Of a stretch of DNA of 64,000 bases, positions 24,012 through 37,563 are shown piece by piece. The notes below the pieces were generated by a model. That model was given only the letters and a program-made list of their open reading frames with translations, made no database searches and was not told the origin of the DNA. Position 1 is the first letter of the stretch. Each line of letters begins with the position of its first letter. The translations under genes and the position numbers were made by a program. The stretch spans positions 434,001 through 498,000 of the forward strand of contig JALMLS010000015.1 in assembly GCA_038496445.1 (NCBI GenBank), written 5' to 3'. The stretch comes from Trichosphaerium sp. ATCC 40318. Its lineage: Eukaryota; Protista; Tubulinea.

Positions 24012-25814
24012 TCATTGTTTTGCTGATGTTAGTATGATTCCTGAAGTACTTTCAGTCATTTCTTTAGAAGAAGTTTTCTTTTTCTGCTTTCTGTGGATAG
24101 CAGTGATTTGAAGAAAGCTTATCCCAAAAAGAAAAAACCAATACAAAGACCATATGATACAGAATGCAACAGGTGTTCGAAAGAAAGACCAATAAGAGGA
24201 AAAAATAGTGATGACAAGCAATATTGTAAAAACGCCACTTGCCATAAGCTGTATTGTAATCTACAACAGAAATAAAGTAAGAAAATAATGAGAAATATCA
24301 TGCTTGAAAAAGAACACGTGAACGTACAAATTGAATCTTTTTAACTATAGCATGGTCAACTTGAGTTCTTCTTATATGTTGCAATACAATTGCTCCCATA
24401 ATCAAGAGGTATAGAGCAATAGCCATGGCAAGTGACATCAAAAGAGTTACTACTATAATATTAACTATTCTTATCACTGAAACACCTGAGAAAGCACGTC
24501 CGAGTGATACTGTAAGCTCCACAGAACAAACAAGGACTATTAAGAAAATACAAGGAAGTAGAAAGCGTTTCAGTTTACCACCTGCATCTTTGAGAGACTT
24601 GATTGCTTTGATAACCTCCAACCTGTTTTACATAAAACCACTAGTTCAGTAGAAAGCAACTTACCAATAAAACGCAATCAACAAAGACGTTGCAAGCGAC
24701 AAAGATACAAACCCAGTATCCATTAAGCTTGACGTAAACTTAGAGAATATTCTACGACTGTACAATGGATCAACTGTGACATAAAAGAAGCGTCCTAAAG
24801 TTTGTAAAACAAAAATATTGCGTTTTCAAAAGTATCAGTATTGTACCAGTATTTGCGATAATCTCAATCACCAAACACGTTTGAGAAATACCACCGATAC
24901 ATCCAACTCCGTGTGTGATATAGTAAAGTTTAAAACAAGCCAATGCAACACATATAAATGCTGCAATACCAAAAACAATTGAGAAAACAAGCTTCAAAAT
25001 AAAACGAACATTTAGCTTCAGTTGTGTAATAGCAAGCACATACAAACCCGATATTACTGATTGGTTCCCATGGATTATCGTCTATGAATGCAAACATAAG
25101 TATGGACCAAAGCAATTGAAACTCGAACCAACGTACCATGAGGGAACAAGGTAACATTTAGATGTTGTTGATCTTTAAAATAATCCATAAAATCTTTTCC
25201 AACTTCAACAGTGGGAATAGCCTCAAGTTCTGATGGTGCTTGATTCCAATTCATTCTGAAGAACTCTGTTTTACCTCCTGTAGCTACAAACAATTTAATA
25301 CCAATACAAAACGTGGATCCGGAATATCTAATATTCTAAAGATAGGAACATATCAAGTCACATACTGTATGACCTATCATAGAGAACAATACCAATGGCT
25401 CCATTCTTATGAGCATCTGCTATCTGGTAGCCCCATTTATACTTGTCTGTTGTTAAAAACACAATCTTATGATTGTGGTCGCTGTCATCTACTCTCACAA
25501 GCTCCCCTAAAAGATAGAAGTTGATTTAGGAAACCCGAACCCAGAAAAAAAAGGTCAAAACAACAAATAGGCAGTTTAAAACACGTGATCACTTGCAATT
25601 CGCGTACCAGTAACAGCAGTGCCGTTCCAAGATTGTTTTGAAAGCCAAGAGATGTTTGGCGAATTAAAAGTTACTAATATGGTTAAGAAAATACGTCATT
25701 CAGTAGAATACCATCTCCCGTACAGTTCTTTCCCTTGTCGTGAACAATAAGACAAGTCGTCACTATCACCCAATACATCGCAATAAATATTCTAGCTGTG
25801 CGTGTAATTGCCAT
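24012..25814 (-). CDS. PA-7TM receptor-like protein, copy B (inverted paralog of 20055-21840)
   Basis: Same exon structure and near-identical sequence in reverse complement, e.g. GGKTEFFRMNWNQAPSELEAIPTVEVGKDF and MASGVFTILLVITIFSSYWSFFRTP. Confidence 0.8.
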
Positions 25815-28312
25815 AACGCTAGATTCGTCAGAGCACGTTTTTACTTGAGAAGAAGTAGTAGTGGCAGTGCCTGTATTAGAGTTTGGTTTACCTCACGCTG
25901 TGTATTTGGTATTAACAATTAAACTGTATTCTTTTAGAATGTATGGCGGACTAATAATATCACGTGACAGCAGAGAATTGCCTTTTTTGATAATTATAGC
26001 AATTTGACTAAAATACATATGCCGCAACTGGTTCTTTTTTTTCGTCTGACAATTAGATTGGAAACATTGTCAATAAGGGAGACGCTATCTGAGGAAAGGC
26101 CCTCAGCCTCTGGTGGCTCTAACATAGCTACAAGAGCAGATTTATTCTACATTTTGGGGTATCGAAGGTTTTACTCACCACTGGCAGCGTGCTTCTAACT
26201 AACACTTTGTTGACACTGTTGCCTTGTGTAACCCTTTAATTGATTTGTGGTAAACACGTGTTGAAAAAAACTTGTATACAGTCTCCCTTAAAAGAATTGC
26301 AAAATCGAAAAAACACCAGGATTTAGGGAGGTGAGGCTTGTTTTGACTGCTACCCGTTATTGTGTCCTTCTATGACAGTCTTGTTCAGCCCTACCAAACG
26401 CTTGAAATTGAGATGTACAGAATGAAATGATTTGATTCTGAAAATACCAGAAAAAACCTGCTTATTCCCATCATTGACATGACCAAGACTGAGTTTAAAA
26501 AAAAAGCTCACGGGATAGACAGGAGAAATAACGTAAATCTACTGATTTAGATAAGATAGCAGGTGTTTGAAAAATAATTAAGATCCTAATCGTTCCTGTA
26601 AGTTGTTTCTGTTTTTTTTTTTCTTCTTCCGGTTACTATTTTTACAGTCACAGACGCAAGGTTGTGGTGCTGGTGAATTTAACGAGTACAAAAAACTCTA
26701 GCCTTTCATTTCAGTTGATTTCAGCACTAACGCGGTGGGCACAACATAAATTACAATACCCTATATTGCAAAGCTACATATATCAAAATGTCTCAAAAGC
26801 GATGCTGCCCCTGACGTCCCCAACTCTAGTGGTTTGAAACATACATGCGCGGGTCACCAGTGTTATAATATAGAGCTTAAACATGTCCACTCCTATCGTC
26901 CGCATTTTTGCGTTTGTTTTCAAAGAAAAGCAACAAAAGGCTTTCCGATAGGTTTTGCCGGACATCTTCGTTTTTTCCACAAAACGTCACATGACAACAA
27001 GTCCAAAGAGTATTCAGTTAAAAATTGTCGTAATTGGTTAAAGAAGTTTCAGGGAGAATAAAAGTACCGGAAAATAAAGTTGATAAAATCAAAACTTCCA
27101 AACCCCACACAATTCACTTAGCCGAAGGATGGAATCTGAAAAGTACATTTGGGAAGACCACGGTGTTGTTGGAGCTGTATATATGGTGTATAAGAGCATT
27201 AGGAGTGCTCCGCTATGGTATTTAAAACAGTTTTTTTCAAACACAATATTTGGCAGTTTTTAATCAAATTTTTTGCTGTGAGTTCAGACTTTTTCGCATT
27301 TCTTTTCACTTTAAGAGCGAAACCTACTGTTAAAGCGGGTTAAATAACAACTACTATAACTTGTTTCATGTGATGATTGTTTCTAAGATTATTTAAATAG
27401 GGTTCAGTGTTGGGTTACTCTACTAGGTTTAGTAAATTTATCACATTGGGCTTTTGTCCGTGATCCGATAGGTACATACAGCGGTACTTGCTTTGAACTA
27501 TATTGATTTCGTTAAAGGATGGGGATGGGTCATTGTGTTACCCTGTATGGCTGCTGTAAATGTTCCGATGCTCCTTTAGTACGAAATGTTGCCTGACCAA
27601 AAGAGTATTACTTACCTCTTCTCTGAAGCTTTGGTGGGTTGTCTAAGTTGCATTCAGCTGGACATCTTCCTTTTTTCATACCAATGCTAGGATATACCCT
27701 GTTTAGGGTAATACCTAACAGCTTAGTGGATATAGAGTACGAACATAAAACTAAGGTCACGATTAACTGGTTTTTTGTAGGCAACAAGTTACATTTAAGA
27801 GTGACCCTAGTTTGTTTGTTTATGCCATTATCGTGATAGCAGTTAACGGACTATGTACTATTTTTGATGTATACGATACAATAGCATGGACTTGCTTTGG
27901 AAAACGCGAGATAATTGGCCCAGGACGCTCAAAAAAAAAGCAAAAGGTGACATAAAAAACAATTTTTAACAAAGTACTTACTAAAAAGAGGCATTAATCA
28001 AGGACATTGAAAAGCAGGAAAAAGGGGAGAAATCGTACATCATAGAATAAGACCCTATTTGAGCGCATAATAAAATCTTCAAAACGACGTCAGTTACAGT
28101 TCAACAAAAAACCGAACATAATTTTCGAACATTGAACCTACAAAGAGGGATGTTTTTCTTACGTTGAAAGATAGTCACGTGTTCGTCATAAAAAATTCCA
28201 GCAGTGTGGAATACTGGTTATCTCTTTAAAACGCTAAAGATGAAGTACTTTTTTTTGTTGAAAGTATACACTATTGTTACATTTAATGTTGTTTTTTAAA
28301 AAATTAGAATAA

Positions 28313-31183
28313 TCATCCAGCGTTCGCCAAGGATGTTATGTGCTTCTCTCGTGTCTCAAATGGTAAGAATGTATGGAGTGGTATAGATACAGTATCAGCC
28401 TTAGTCTTACTATAAGAGTACTCCTCAATCCTAAACACCAGAGTTAAAAAACAAGTTGACTACTATTTTTCTTGTTTTCGAGAATGAGTGTTTGTTCGCC
28501 TTTGAACGTACTTAATCTTATTGAAAGGACCATAAGTGACCGTATCAATAACAGTCAAGAAAGGTTTACCAGTCACAGCACAATTACTAACGAGCTCTCC
28601 AATGTTCATTTCTGTCCTTTTAGCAGACTAGCATACTGTCAGCAAGCAATTCTTTTTTTTTGAAAAAAAATCGCTTAAAAACGATGCCTACGTACTTGAA
28701 CAGCTGAAACATACAACCAAGGATCATTTGGTTTTACTCTTTCTGGTATTTCACTTGAAACGTTTGGAAGTGATGTAATTGAAATCATTGCTGTAGTCTA
28801 CAAATAACAAACAAAGTAAGAATTCGCAAGGAAAAAAAAATTTAACGTACAATTAAGGAAGGCTTTTTTTGGTTCAAGTATATTCCAGATCTAGTCAACT
28901 AACCATTTGATTAGCGACATAATGATAATTATATACTATAAAGCATTCGAGGTACCTTTGTGTATTCAATATGAAACTTGCTTAAGCCCTAAAGATAAAA
29001 TCGGTGAGGCTCAACACCTTCGCTTTTGTATCCGTACCTTATCTATAGGGCGAGTAATATCACATCTCATTACGAAAGGAATTACACGTACAGTGTCTCT
29101 GATGAAACAAGTACATTTGTATACTCTCATAGTGAGTACAGACTTGGCATGCCTATTGGATTAAATGAGAAAAAAAAAAACAAACAAAAAAACGCACCTT
29201 AAAAAATATGCCATTTGAGATCGTAACAAAAACTGAGGACTCCCTGGTACAGCAAGAGATCTTTTATCAAGCTTATTTGTTATGTTAGTACTTGAATAAT
29301 GCAAAAGAAAAATGACGTACATCTTGCTCAGGGAGAGTCAAAACAGTATCTACAAGTGTCAATATATTACTTGCATACCAACTATCATATCCTCCCAGAA
29401 AAAACCCCAAACTTGTGCCAAAAGGACTCGAGGGTATAAAATAGAATTCGAAATAAACCTACAATCGGATGAGCAAAACAAGTAACAAGTCCAAACAAGG
29501 AAGAAAAAGTAAATTGTCGAAAAAAATTAACCTAGGACAACGTACAGGAACCCAGCTGTGTTTTTGAAGCTCTACATGAGCTAGAAATAACTTATGTATA
29601 GTCTCATCGTCACCTACTATGACAACACGGACTGTTTTCCACCGTTTCCTAAAAAACAAAGTAAATCTCCGTTTTTCCACCCTTTTTCTTTTGGAAGTCG
29701 TACAATCCTCGATAAGACATGACCAAATCACGTAATATTGTATGTGGAGATGTCTTAGTAGAAGCTGAAGCCAACCCATGACTAGAAGTCTCTACACTAT
29801 GTACAGTAAAATGCATAGGTGTTTCATGTACACCAGCGTCAGCACATTTACTTCGTTTACGCTTTTCTTTATGTCCTTTACGCGAAGGAGACGGAGCGAT
29901 AGAAAAAATTTGTTTCTTGAGTCTAGTTAACTCAAGCTTGTAGTATTTAGGTGCATCCTTATCTCGCCTACAACAACACGTTAACACTAAGTAGACAAAA
30001 AAAATCCCAGTTAAGTTGTACGTCATAAGTGCGCGATTCATGATAGCCAGCACACGTTCGTAAATACTATCTACTTGACCCAAGGTAAGTTGTTCAAGCG
30101 ATAGTTGCTCAGGAGACATATCTAAACAACTACATAAAACGCCTAGGAGTTTGTGAGCCATTATACTTAATTCCACAAAAAAAAGAACCGAATTCTTACT
30201 TTTAATTATGCTTATTTTGGTCTTCTTTAACCCAGGTGTTTCTTCGTAAGACTGTTCTAGTATTTCACCTATATCTCGTGCATGTATTACCCTTCTATCT
30301 ATTATGACATGCGCCCTATCTTCTGGCGCTATACTACACTTGTATGAGTAAAAGAAGGCCAACTCACTAAAAACCCTTCAAAGCAGGTCCTATCAAACTC
30401 ACCCAGTCTCTGCCTGTTCCTTCAATAAGTTTAAAGCCACTGTTCTTGGCCTCAAACGGAAATCTTCTTCTAGCATAGTCTTTCGTAGAGTAAACCCTGG
30501 AGACTTCTTCTCCAGGGTTAATAGAGTGAATAACTCACGAGCAATATTACAGTATGGCTCAGGTAGTTTTGTATGCGTCCCAACAACATACAGAGCCGAC
30601 TCAATAAGTCTGCTTGAAACTAACGCTGTCTACAAAAAACAAATCATTAGGGGTAAACCCAAGCACTATGATACTTGGACAACCGCACAGTAATTTTTGT
30701 GACATATGATATAAAATGGTGTGCAATTTAATTGTACCTTGCAAAGGCATGATTTCAACATGTAAAGCATGTTAACTATTTCCCACTCTTCATGTGGTTC
30801 GTACAACATCTCGATAAGAATGCGTAACACGTGTTTCCCTTCAGATCTCTTTGAACATTCCCGTAAATACGTGTGTAGTATACAAGGGGTAACTATGAAG
30901 GTATTAGAGTGGTTTTTGGGAGTTTGCTATCAAAAAAGGCAGATAAACAGACTAAGGCCCGAGGATATAATAGATAAGCGTACGCGTGCTGGAGTAGTAA
31001 GGTAGCAATTGAGTATTTGTAATGTATCGGGCTTTGCAACAATGCTGCAAAACAGCACGTAAAGGAGGCAGTAGTACGTCGTCGCCTAGAAAACGCTTTA
31101 CCTTTAATAAAATTAGTAACAAAGAAACGTAGAATCTTATTTTCGGTTACATCGCAAACAAAAAAGGTTTCTTGTTGTCTCAT
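28313..31183 (-). CDS. PI3K-gamma (class IB) regulatory subunit p101/p87-like protein (PIK3R5/PIK3R6 family)
   Basis: Colinear motifs after splicing: LPEPYCNIARELFTLLTLEKKSPG, TVRVVIVGDD, FEFYFIP, LGFFLGGYDSWYASNIL, LLRSQMAYFLRHAKSVLTMRVY, FHIEYTKLTRSG, PFLTVID, and C-terminal IPLHTFLP. These resemble p101 blocks recalled from memory (WPVPYC..ELKAPG, LRVVVFGSD, LQFFYVP, YLGMLDPWYERNV, LPIMTF). Confidence 0.8.
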
Positions 31184-31594
31184 AGCCTTAGAGCCTCTTT
31201 TGATGTCGTGTAGGAAAGATGCACTGTTAGCTTTGTGCACATCAAGCTGGAAACGCGAACGACCTAATTTCGTGCGTGCGTAGTTCCTTAGTTGTTGTTA
31301 TTTTATTTTAAACAGACAATTGTGTAAATCTCACCTGAAAAGCATTACATTGTACGCCAATAAGATAGACGCATCGTTGTGCGCTAATAGTTTGTTATTT
31401 TGATTTTATTAGGTTGCTGTACTTTTTATTGAGTCGTCCATCAATCACTAGCGCGAACAACCTTGGATGGTAATGTTGCCAAAGACGTATAAGCGATTAG
31501 GCAATGATTGCTTTTTTCCGCACTTTCTTTGTCAAGTTAACTTATTCTTGACCGCTTCAAAACAGCTTAAAAACGCCTCAATTATTAACGCGCA
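31184..31594. promoter_or_regulatory. Probable bidirectional promoter between the p101-like gene (-) and KTI12 (+)
   Basis: About 410 bp between divergent start codons; positional inference only. Confidence 0.4.
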
Positions 31595-32916
31595 ATGCCT
31601 CTAATTATAATATGCGGATTGCCGTGCTCTGGTAAAACACAACGTGCAAAAGAGTTGGCAGATTACATAACAAATACGCTGAAAGCAACTGCGAAGGTAG
31701 TTAACGAGGAATCTCTACTGTTAGTTAAAAACCAAGTGTACCAAGGCAAGATTTCATTTTACGTTAGTATTCAGCATCAAAACGCGTCGTTAAACATGAA
31801 AAACGTTGTTTTGAACTAAAACTGTAAAACAGACTCAAAATGCGAAAAGAACGTCAGAGGATCTTTAAAAACATTCGCAGAGCGCAATACAACAAAAGAA
31901 GTATGGGTTATAGTTGACTCGTTGAATTACATAAAAGGCTTCCGTTACGAACTCTTCTGTATTGCTAGAGCATGTGGAACTAGCCATTGCTGTGTACGTT
32001 GTATTTATTGCTTTAAAAACCAAAACAAATATTTACAACACTAAAAGGTATACTGCGATGCAACAGATGAGCAAGTGAAAGAAAATAACGCAAAAAGAGC
32101 CGAAGAAGATCGCTGGGAAGACGACATGTACGGAAATTTCGCAGAATTTAAAATCTCATCAAAATGGCAGATTGAACGGCTTATTAATGCGTTTTGAGAC
32201 GCCTAATGGTAGAGCTAGATGGGATAAACCATTATTCACGTACGTGGTCTATACCAACGCGAATAAGAAAAGGAAACAAAAAGTTTTGCAACCGCTGTTG
32301 TTATGTTAGTTTTTATCTTTTAATAAGTTTCAGGATAACTAAAGATGATGAAACACCTTGTCAAACAATTGTAGATACTCTTCGTAATGTAAAAGGCCTA
32401 ACTCCTAACAGTGCAACAAAACACGTGCGTCAATATTTTACTTGTTTTTTTTTTTCTTTTTACAAGTTACAAGTTGTAAGGACTATGCGCCTGAGTACAA
32501 TTAACGTTAATTGTTTTTAGCAAAAAGTAGCAAACCCAAAATATTTATATGGCTTGGATAAAATTTCACAACAAATAGTTGACGCTATTTTGGAAGCTCA
32601 AAATACTTTACCTATGGGTTCTAATATTAAAGTACCTATAAGTGCAAAACCAGTACGTATTTACAAAAACATGTTCAAATTCTTTGCAGGTCTTTGAACG
32701 CCTTAGATTATTAGACTGTTTTTTCAGTGCTTTTTTTTTGGCATTACTTACTTGTTCTCATAGATACCTTACACAAGACGTTTTTCTCGTGTGGAGCTAC
32801 GTAAGCTTAGAAGACAATATGTTACATTATCTACATCTATAGTCAATGATAATGCAGAACGCACAGACTTACAAATCGCTAATGGTTTCGTCGGTTATCT
32901 TATATCTAACTTGTAA
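31595..32916 (+). CDS. KTI12: KTI12 (Elongator-associated P-loop ATPase)
   Basis: MPLIIICGLPCSGKT, DSKCEKNVRGSLK, VDSLNYIKGFRYELFC, RFETPNGRARWDKPLF, ELRKLRRQY. Confidence 0.95.
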
Positions 32917-33135
32917 AACAACATTCAAAAAAAAAATAAACAAACGGCAACAGAATCCGGCTACAAAGAATTAGTACACTAGCGTATTCATATGCTTTAT
33001 TCTTTGAGTTTGGCGAGAGTTGTAGCGAAAGTTCGAATTACTTTTGTTGTGCTTTGTTATTTCACCAGAAAAGTACGAGAAGTTTTCTATGTAAGTGCGC
33101 ACAATAAATAAGCGCTAGTACTCCAAAACCAACAT

Positions 33136-34626
33136 ATGATACGCAACACGTCTCTAGTACTGTTCATTGCCTTGTTGGCGTTCGGATATTGCGGCACAAC
33201 GCCAAACTGGACACCAACGTATAACATGCAAATGTCAACAATATTTATGCCTTGTAATGACTCTGGCTTCTTTGATGCCAAGTTTGCCGCTCAGTTTGGT
33301 ATTGCTGACTTCGATTGGAGTAATGCGAAGCAGTTATGGGCTAACGCAAAACCAATGAACTGTGAAGAGCTACTGGTAGAACAAGTGAAACGTGTAAAGG
33401 CCGTGAATCCCAACACCAAGGTTTTCGTGTACAGAAACCTTGTCAAAGGTAAGCCGACTTTAATTTTGTTTTTTTTCTCCTTTACTAACCCACGTGACAG
33501 CACTTCCTTGGTATACTAATGTTCGCACTAAAATAACGGACGCTGCTTACGCTGGGTGGTTTTTAAAATTCTCTGGAAAAAACAATTACCACGTGCCTCA
33601 ATGCGATAACAACTATACCCCGCCTCTTTGTTCAGAGTTTTATCACGATCAAGATCAAACACCGCAACATCCTCACGGAGATGGTTCTTGTACCGACCCA
33701 TGCGACTGTGGAGGCGTTCCATGCGGTGAATACCTTTGGGACCATCGTAATACGACGTTAACGGATTATTTGATAAATCACGTGATTCTTGGCGAAACAG
33801 GCAAGTACTATTTTCCAAAGCGTTCTGGTTTGTAACCAAGCAGTTGTAAACGATTTTAGGCCTTGGCAACCCTCAAATATCTGGGTTTTACCTCGACGAT
33901 GGATGGACAGATTACCCTGCCCCACGAAAAGGATGGCAGCCGGAGGAAGGCAACTGTGATCACTCCAAATACGGTAATATTGTTTTTGCAAATTGAAAAT
34001 TGCCACAGCTAAGTCTTCATAGGTGGCGCCACTGAAGAAAACTATTACTGTTCCGCAGATATGGGGCTCATGCAAGCTGACACCACAGCTATTTTCACAA
34101 GCTGGAAAGCAAATATTGCCAAAGTGCATGCTGCTATTGCTGCAAAAGGAGGATGGAGTTGGCAACAATTCACTGATTTTACAACTCCTACCAAGGAAAA
34201 ATGTGCACTAACGTTCAGAGCTGAATGCAATGAAGACTCTCTAGCGTACACCAATGCTCTGTACTACCAGGTAAACCGCGCATCCAACCAAATAAGCTAA
34301 CTGACGTTTTGGTTTAGTACACAGTAACAGATAAAGCTGTATCTCCTCTTCCTCAGTTCAAAGAAGACTTGGCAGGTTTTCTACTTGTTAGAGGACCTTA
34401 CGCATGGCTTGGGTATGGTTGGAGTGGCTGTTCAAAAGGTTCAGATCCTCCAGGAGCTAGAGGCAAACCGTACTTGTTTCCAGATGAACTCAAGGTAGAT
34501 TATGGAACACCAACAGAGGTTTGTCATGAGACATCAACTAATAGTGGTGTATTTGTTCGTAAATGGACCAAAGCTACAGTACAGTTTGATTGTAATACAT
34601 ACACAAGCAGTATTACAATGAATTAA
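33136..34626 (+). CDS. Secreted putative glycoside hydrolase (TIM-barrel, GHL15-like)
   Basis: Signal peptide; FDWSNAK, QVKRVKAVNPNTKVFVYRN, YLWDHRN, GFYLDDGW, LAGFLLVRGPYAWLGYGW, DYGTP, GVFVRKWTKATVQFDCN. Confidence 0.75.
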
Positions 34627-34916
34627 ACCTACTAATTCAATATTCGTTTCAAAAAAAACAATTGTAAGTTATATTTTTGTTGGAGTCGTCAGACTTAGTG
34701 ATATCAGAACTGTTAGTGTGATGGAATGACAAAAGTGTTGCTTGAATTCAAGCTAATAAATGTGCACAAAGTGCTTCATCACTATGTCAGACAACGAGAT
34801 TACAACAAATAAAAAACTGGTAATCAAACAGCAAAAGGATAAGGTTAACACAACAATACATTTGGTTTTTAGTTAGAAAACCTACATCATTGTATTACAC
34901 TTGTGCGGTAGTACGC

Positions 34917-36652
34917 TTAGATAAGTGGAATAGTTGCCTATTTAATCATCAATAAAGAAACTGCACATCATGTGGAAAAAGAAGAAAAAAAACAGATGTG
35001 TACCTCATCAGAAATACCACAGAGGTTTCTGCCACGTTCGACCCATACGTAACCAGCTTCGCCCCAATCTAAAAAATTGAAGTTAGTACAGTAATAGACA
35101 AAGCGTAATTTGACTGGCACGCAATAGAAAAAAACCGAAAAGTTCAAACTCTCATAGAAAAAGCTAATGCAACAATACTAAAACTTGTATATTACCTGCT
35201 CCCCAGCTGTTTCTAACGTTCCAAACTTTGTAATCAAGGAAATCCCATCCTTTTTGATCATGGTAACCAGTAATTTGTACACAATGATCGAGTTGCTTCA
35301 GACAAGAGAGTAAATACATACGTCACATGTCAATTTAGAAACTAAAGGCATACCTGACCACAAAAAGCGGAGATAACACCACCCATGTAAAATTGCCACG
35401 GAGAAGCATCAACACAGATAGTAATAGGACCTTTTGCTGCCAAAGCAGACATCTACGGATAACAATAAGTAAAAACCTAAAAAACCACTTTGTTTACCAT
35501 CTCAGTCTCATTATGAGTCTTTGTTACATACTCATATCCCTTGATCTTTGCTACAACCTTGCTCTACAAAATGAATTAGAGTGATACACAAATATATCAT
35601 TGTTGGGTTCCTATACCTTATCGAACATGCATGTACCACCTACTCCAGTGTATGGGTAGCTGTCTTCAGACTCAAGTCTAACAGAACAAAATTAAATTAA
35701 ATTCTTTTAAAGCAATGACTTACCCGCCTGCCTTTTCGATGTACTCGTATGCTTTGTCTGGGAAACCACCACTGCAGCCCATATCACCATTACCCTTAAC
35801 AATCAATCACTATACTGACACCCACGCAAACTATCAAAAACGCACGACATCACAATCAACGATTTGTTGTACGGTCAAAGTAGGAAGACCTTTACCAGCT
35901 AAAAACCAGTGGGATTCCTAGTTTGTACACTTAGCAAAAAAAGGGCAACAATACTCTACTAAAATAACATACGATTCCTTCAGAAGTAGCAAACGCCCAG
36001 CAAGAACCTGACGTTATGTTTTAGCAAAAAAAAAACAACAAAAAATGTGTCAAAACTTAGGCGTCAAAAAACGTACCACAATCTCCTAAAACTAAAGTAA
36101 GATACGTGTAAGCATTAATTAACGCATACCTTGGTTCTTAACAGGTGTAACAGCGCCTTTTTTAGTCCAATCAACAGATTTAGGAAGCGGAGCTATAGCA
36201 AACACACAGTGAGCTTATTTTAAGAAACCACGTAAGCTAGAAGCGCACCTGTGTAGATAGTGTTCGATATGCCGATATCAGCAGGCTTTTGGGAAGGCTT
36301 GTAGTTACGGTACATCTTTTTAAACTCGTCTTCTGGCATATCAGCGAACTTTGTAGTGCCTATTTACAACCGGAGATTAGTTTTAGGGGATATTTAGCCG
36401 AAATTACCAAATCTTGCGCTAGGCATCTTGGTATTTAGTTCGTCTATGCGTTGGAGGTTCTCCTAATGATTTTTAGTAATTAATTAACATAAGATGCTGT
36501 TATTTGCGTACATTGTAGATTCTCTCGCGCACTTGGCGTTCATACGCGTTGTATTCCTTTCCATAAGTGCTTAGAAAGTCATCGAACGATTGATGAGATA
36601 CAGATAGTGCAATGAATGCGAAAAGCAACACGGCCAAAGTGTAGTTGGCCAT
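34917..36652 (-). CDS. Papain-family (C1A) cysteine protease, cathepsin L/F-like, with I29 prodomain
   Basis: Signal peptide, [67 protein letters not shown]. Confidence 0.95.
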
Positions 36653-37563
36653 TTTAAGACTACAGTAATTAGTTCATGGCGAACTTAAACCACCAAAAGT
36701 GGACAGTATTTGTACTGATATCCAATCTGAACACTTCTTACCTGCGTTGCCACTTCATAAGGTTCCAACAACAACCTTAGAGACATTAACTTTGAAATCT
36801 CAGATTGCAGCCCTATGTTTCCTGCACTACTCTGATGTTTGCAATCTACTACTTGTTCTAAAATGTACGTACAGTGCAGTAAGTTATCAACCCTTTCCAA
36901 GCGTTTCGTTCAGCCATGAGCTACATCCGTGATGCCGTGTCTAGTTCCAATACATCGCTATGTCTCATTTTATAGTCTTCTTAGTAAACTGTCAGACTCG
37001 AAAAATAATAGCATTGTCTTGATTCGATAATGAACAATTAAGACTACAACCAAGCCGAACAGCAATTTACTCATTTGATCCACTGATGGTCGGTAGCAGA
37101 GTCAAACTGTCAGGTTGAACGTAACTACTCTACTATCCACAAGTACTTCTGTTCAAGTTGTAATCAAAAACAACAAGTTTTGCAGATGTCGAAGCTGGAC
37201 AAGGTGTAGTTCCATTCACGATTGATAAGCCTTATGAAACCAGAATTCGATTCTTTTATAAAATAAAACTCGATGACATCACTTGCAGTTTACTGTAAAC
37301 GTTTTCAGTGATGTTTGAAGAAATGTGCAGGGAATCCTAGACTGGATACACGTAATCTTGTTACTCATATCAAACATGATACGCATTTATTTATGATTTC
37401 CTTTTTAAGATTCCTAAAGGAGTCTCGGAGACTGCTTTCGGTGAACGAGTGTAGTTAGTACAAATACATTGGAAATATTAAATTTATTTCGTATTCGGAC
37501 AAAAAAACAGCCAGACGAAGTCAAAACCACACCATATCCACTCTAGCAGAAGAAGCACAACGC

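Noticed and set aside
26000-28100. Possible small minus-strand gene (GITLNRVYPSIGMKKGRCPAEC...) with splice-like signals
   Set aside because: I could not assemble a consistent start-to-stop model or recognise any homology.
20055-31183. Functional cluster of 7TM receptors with the p101-like gene
   Set aside because: Proximity in a compact eukaryotic genome is not evidence of co-function without synteny or co-expression data.
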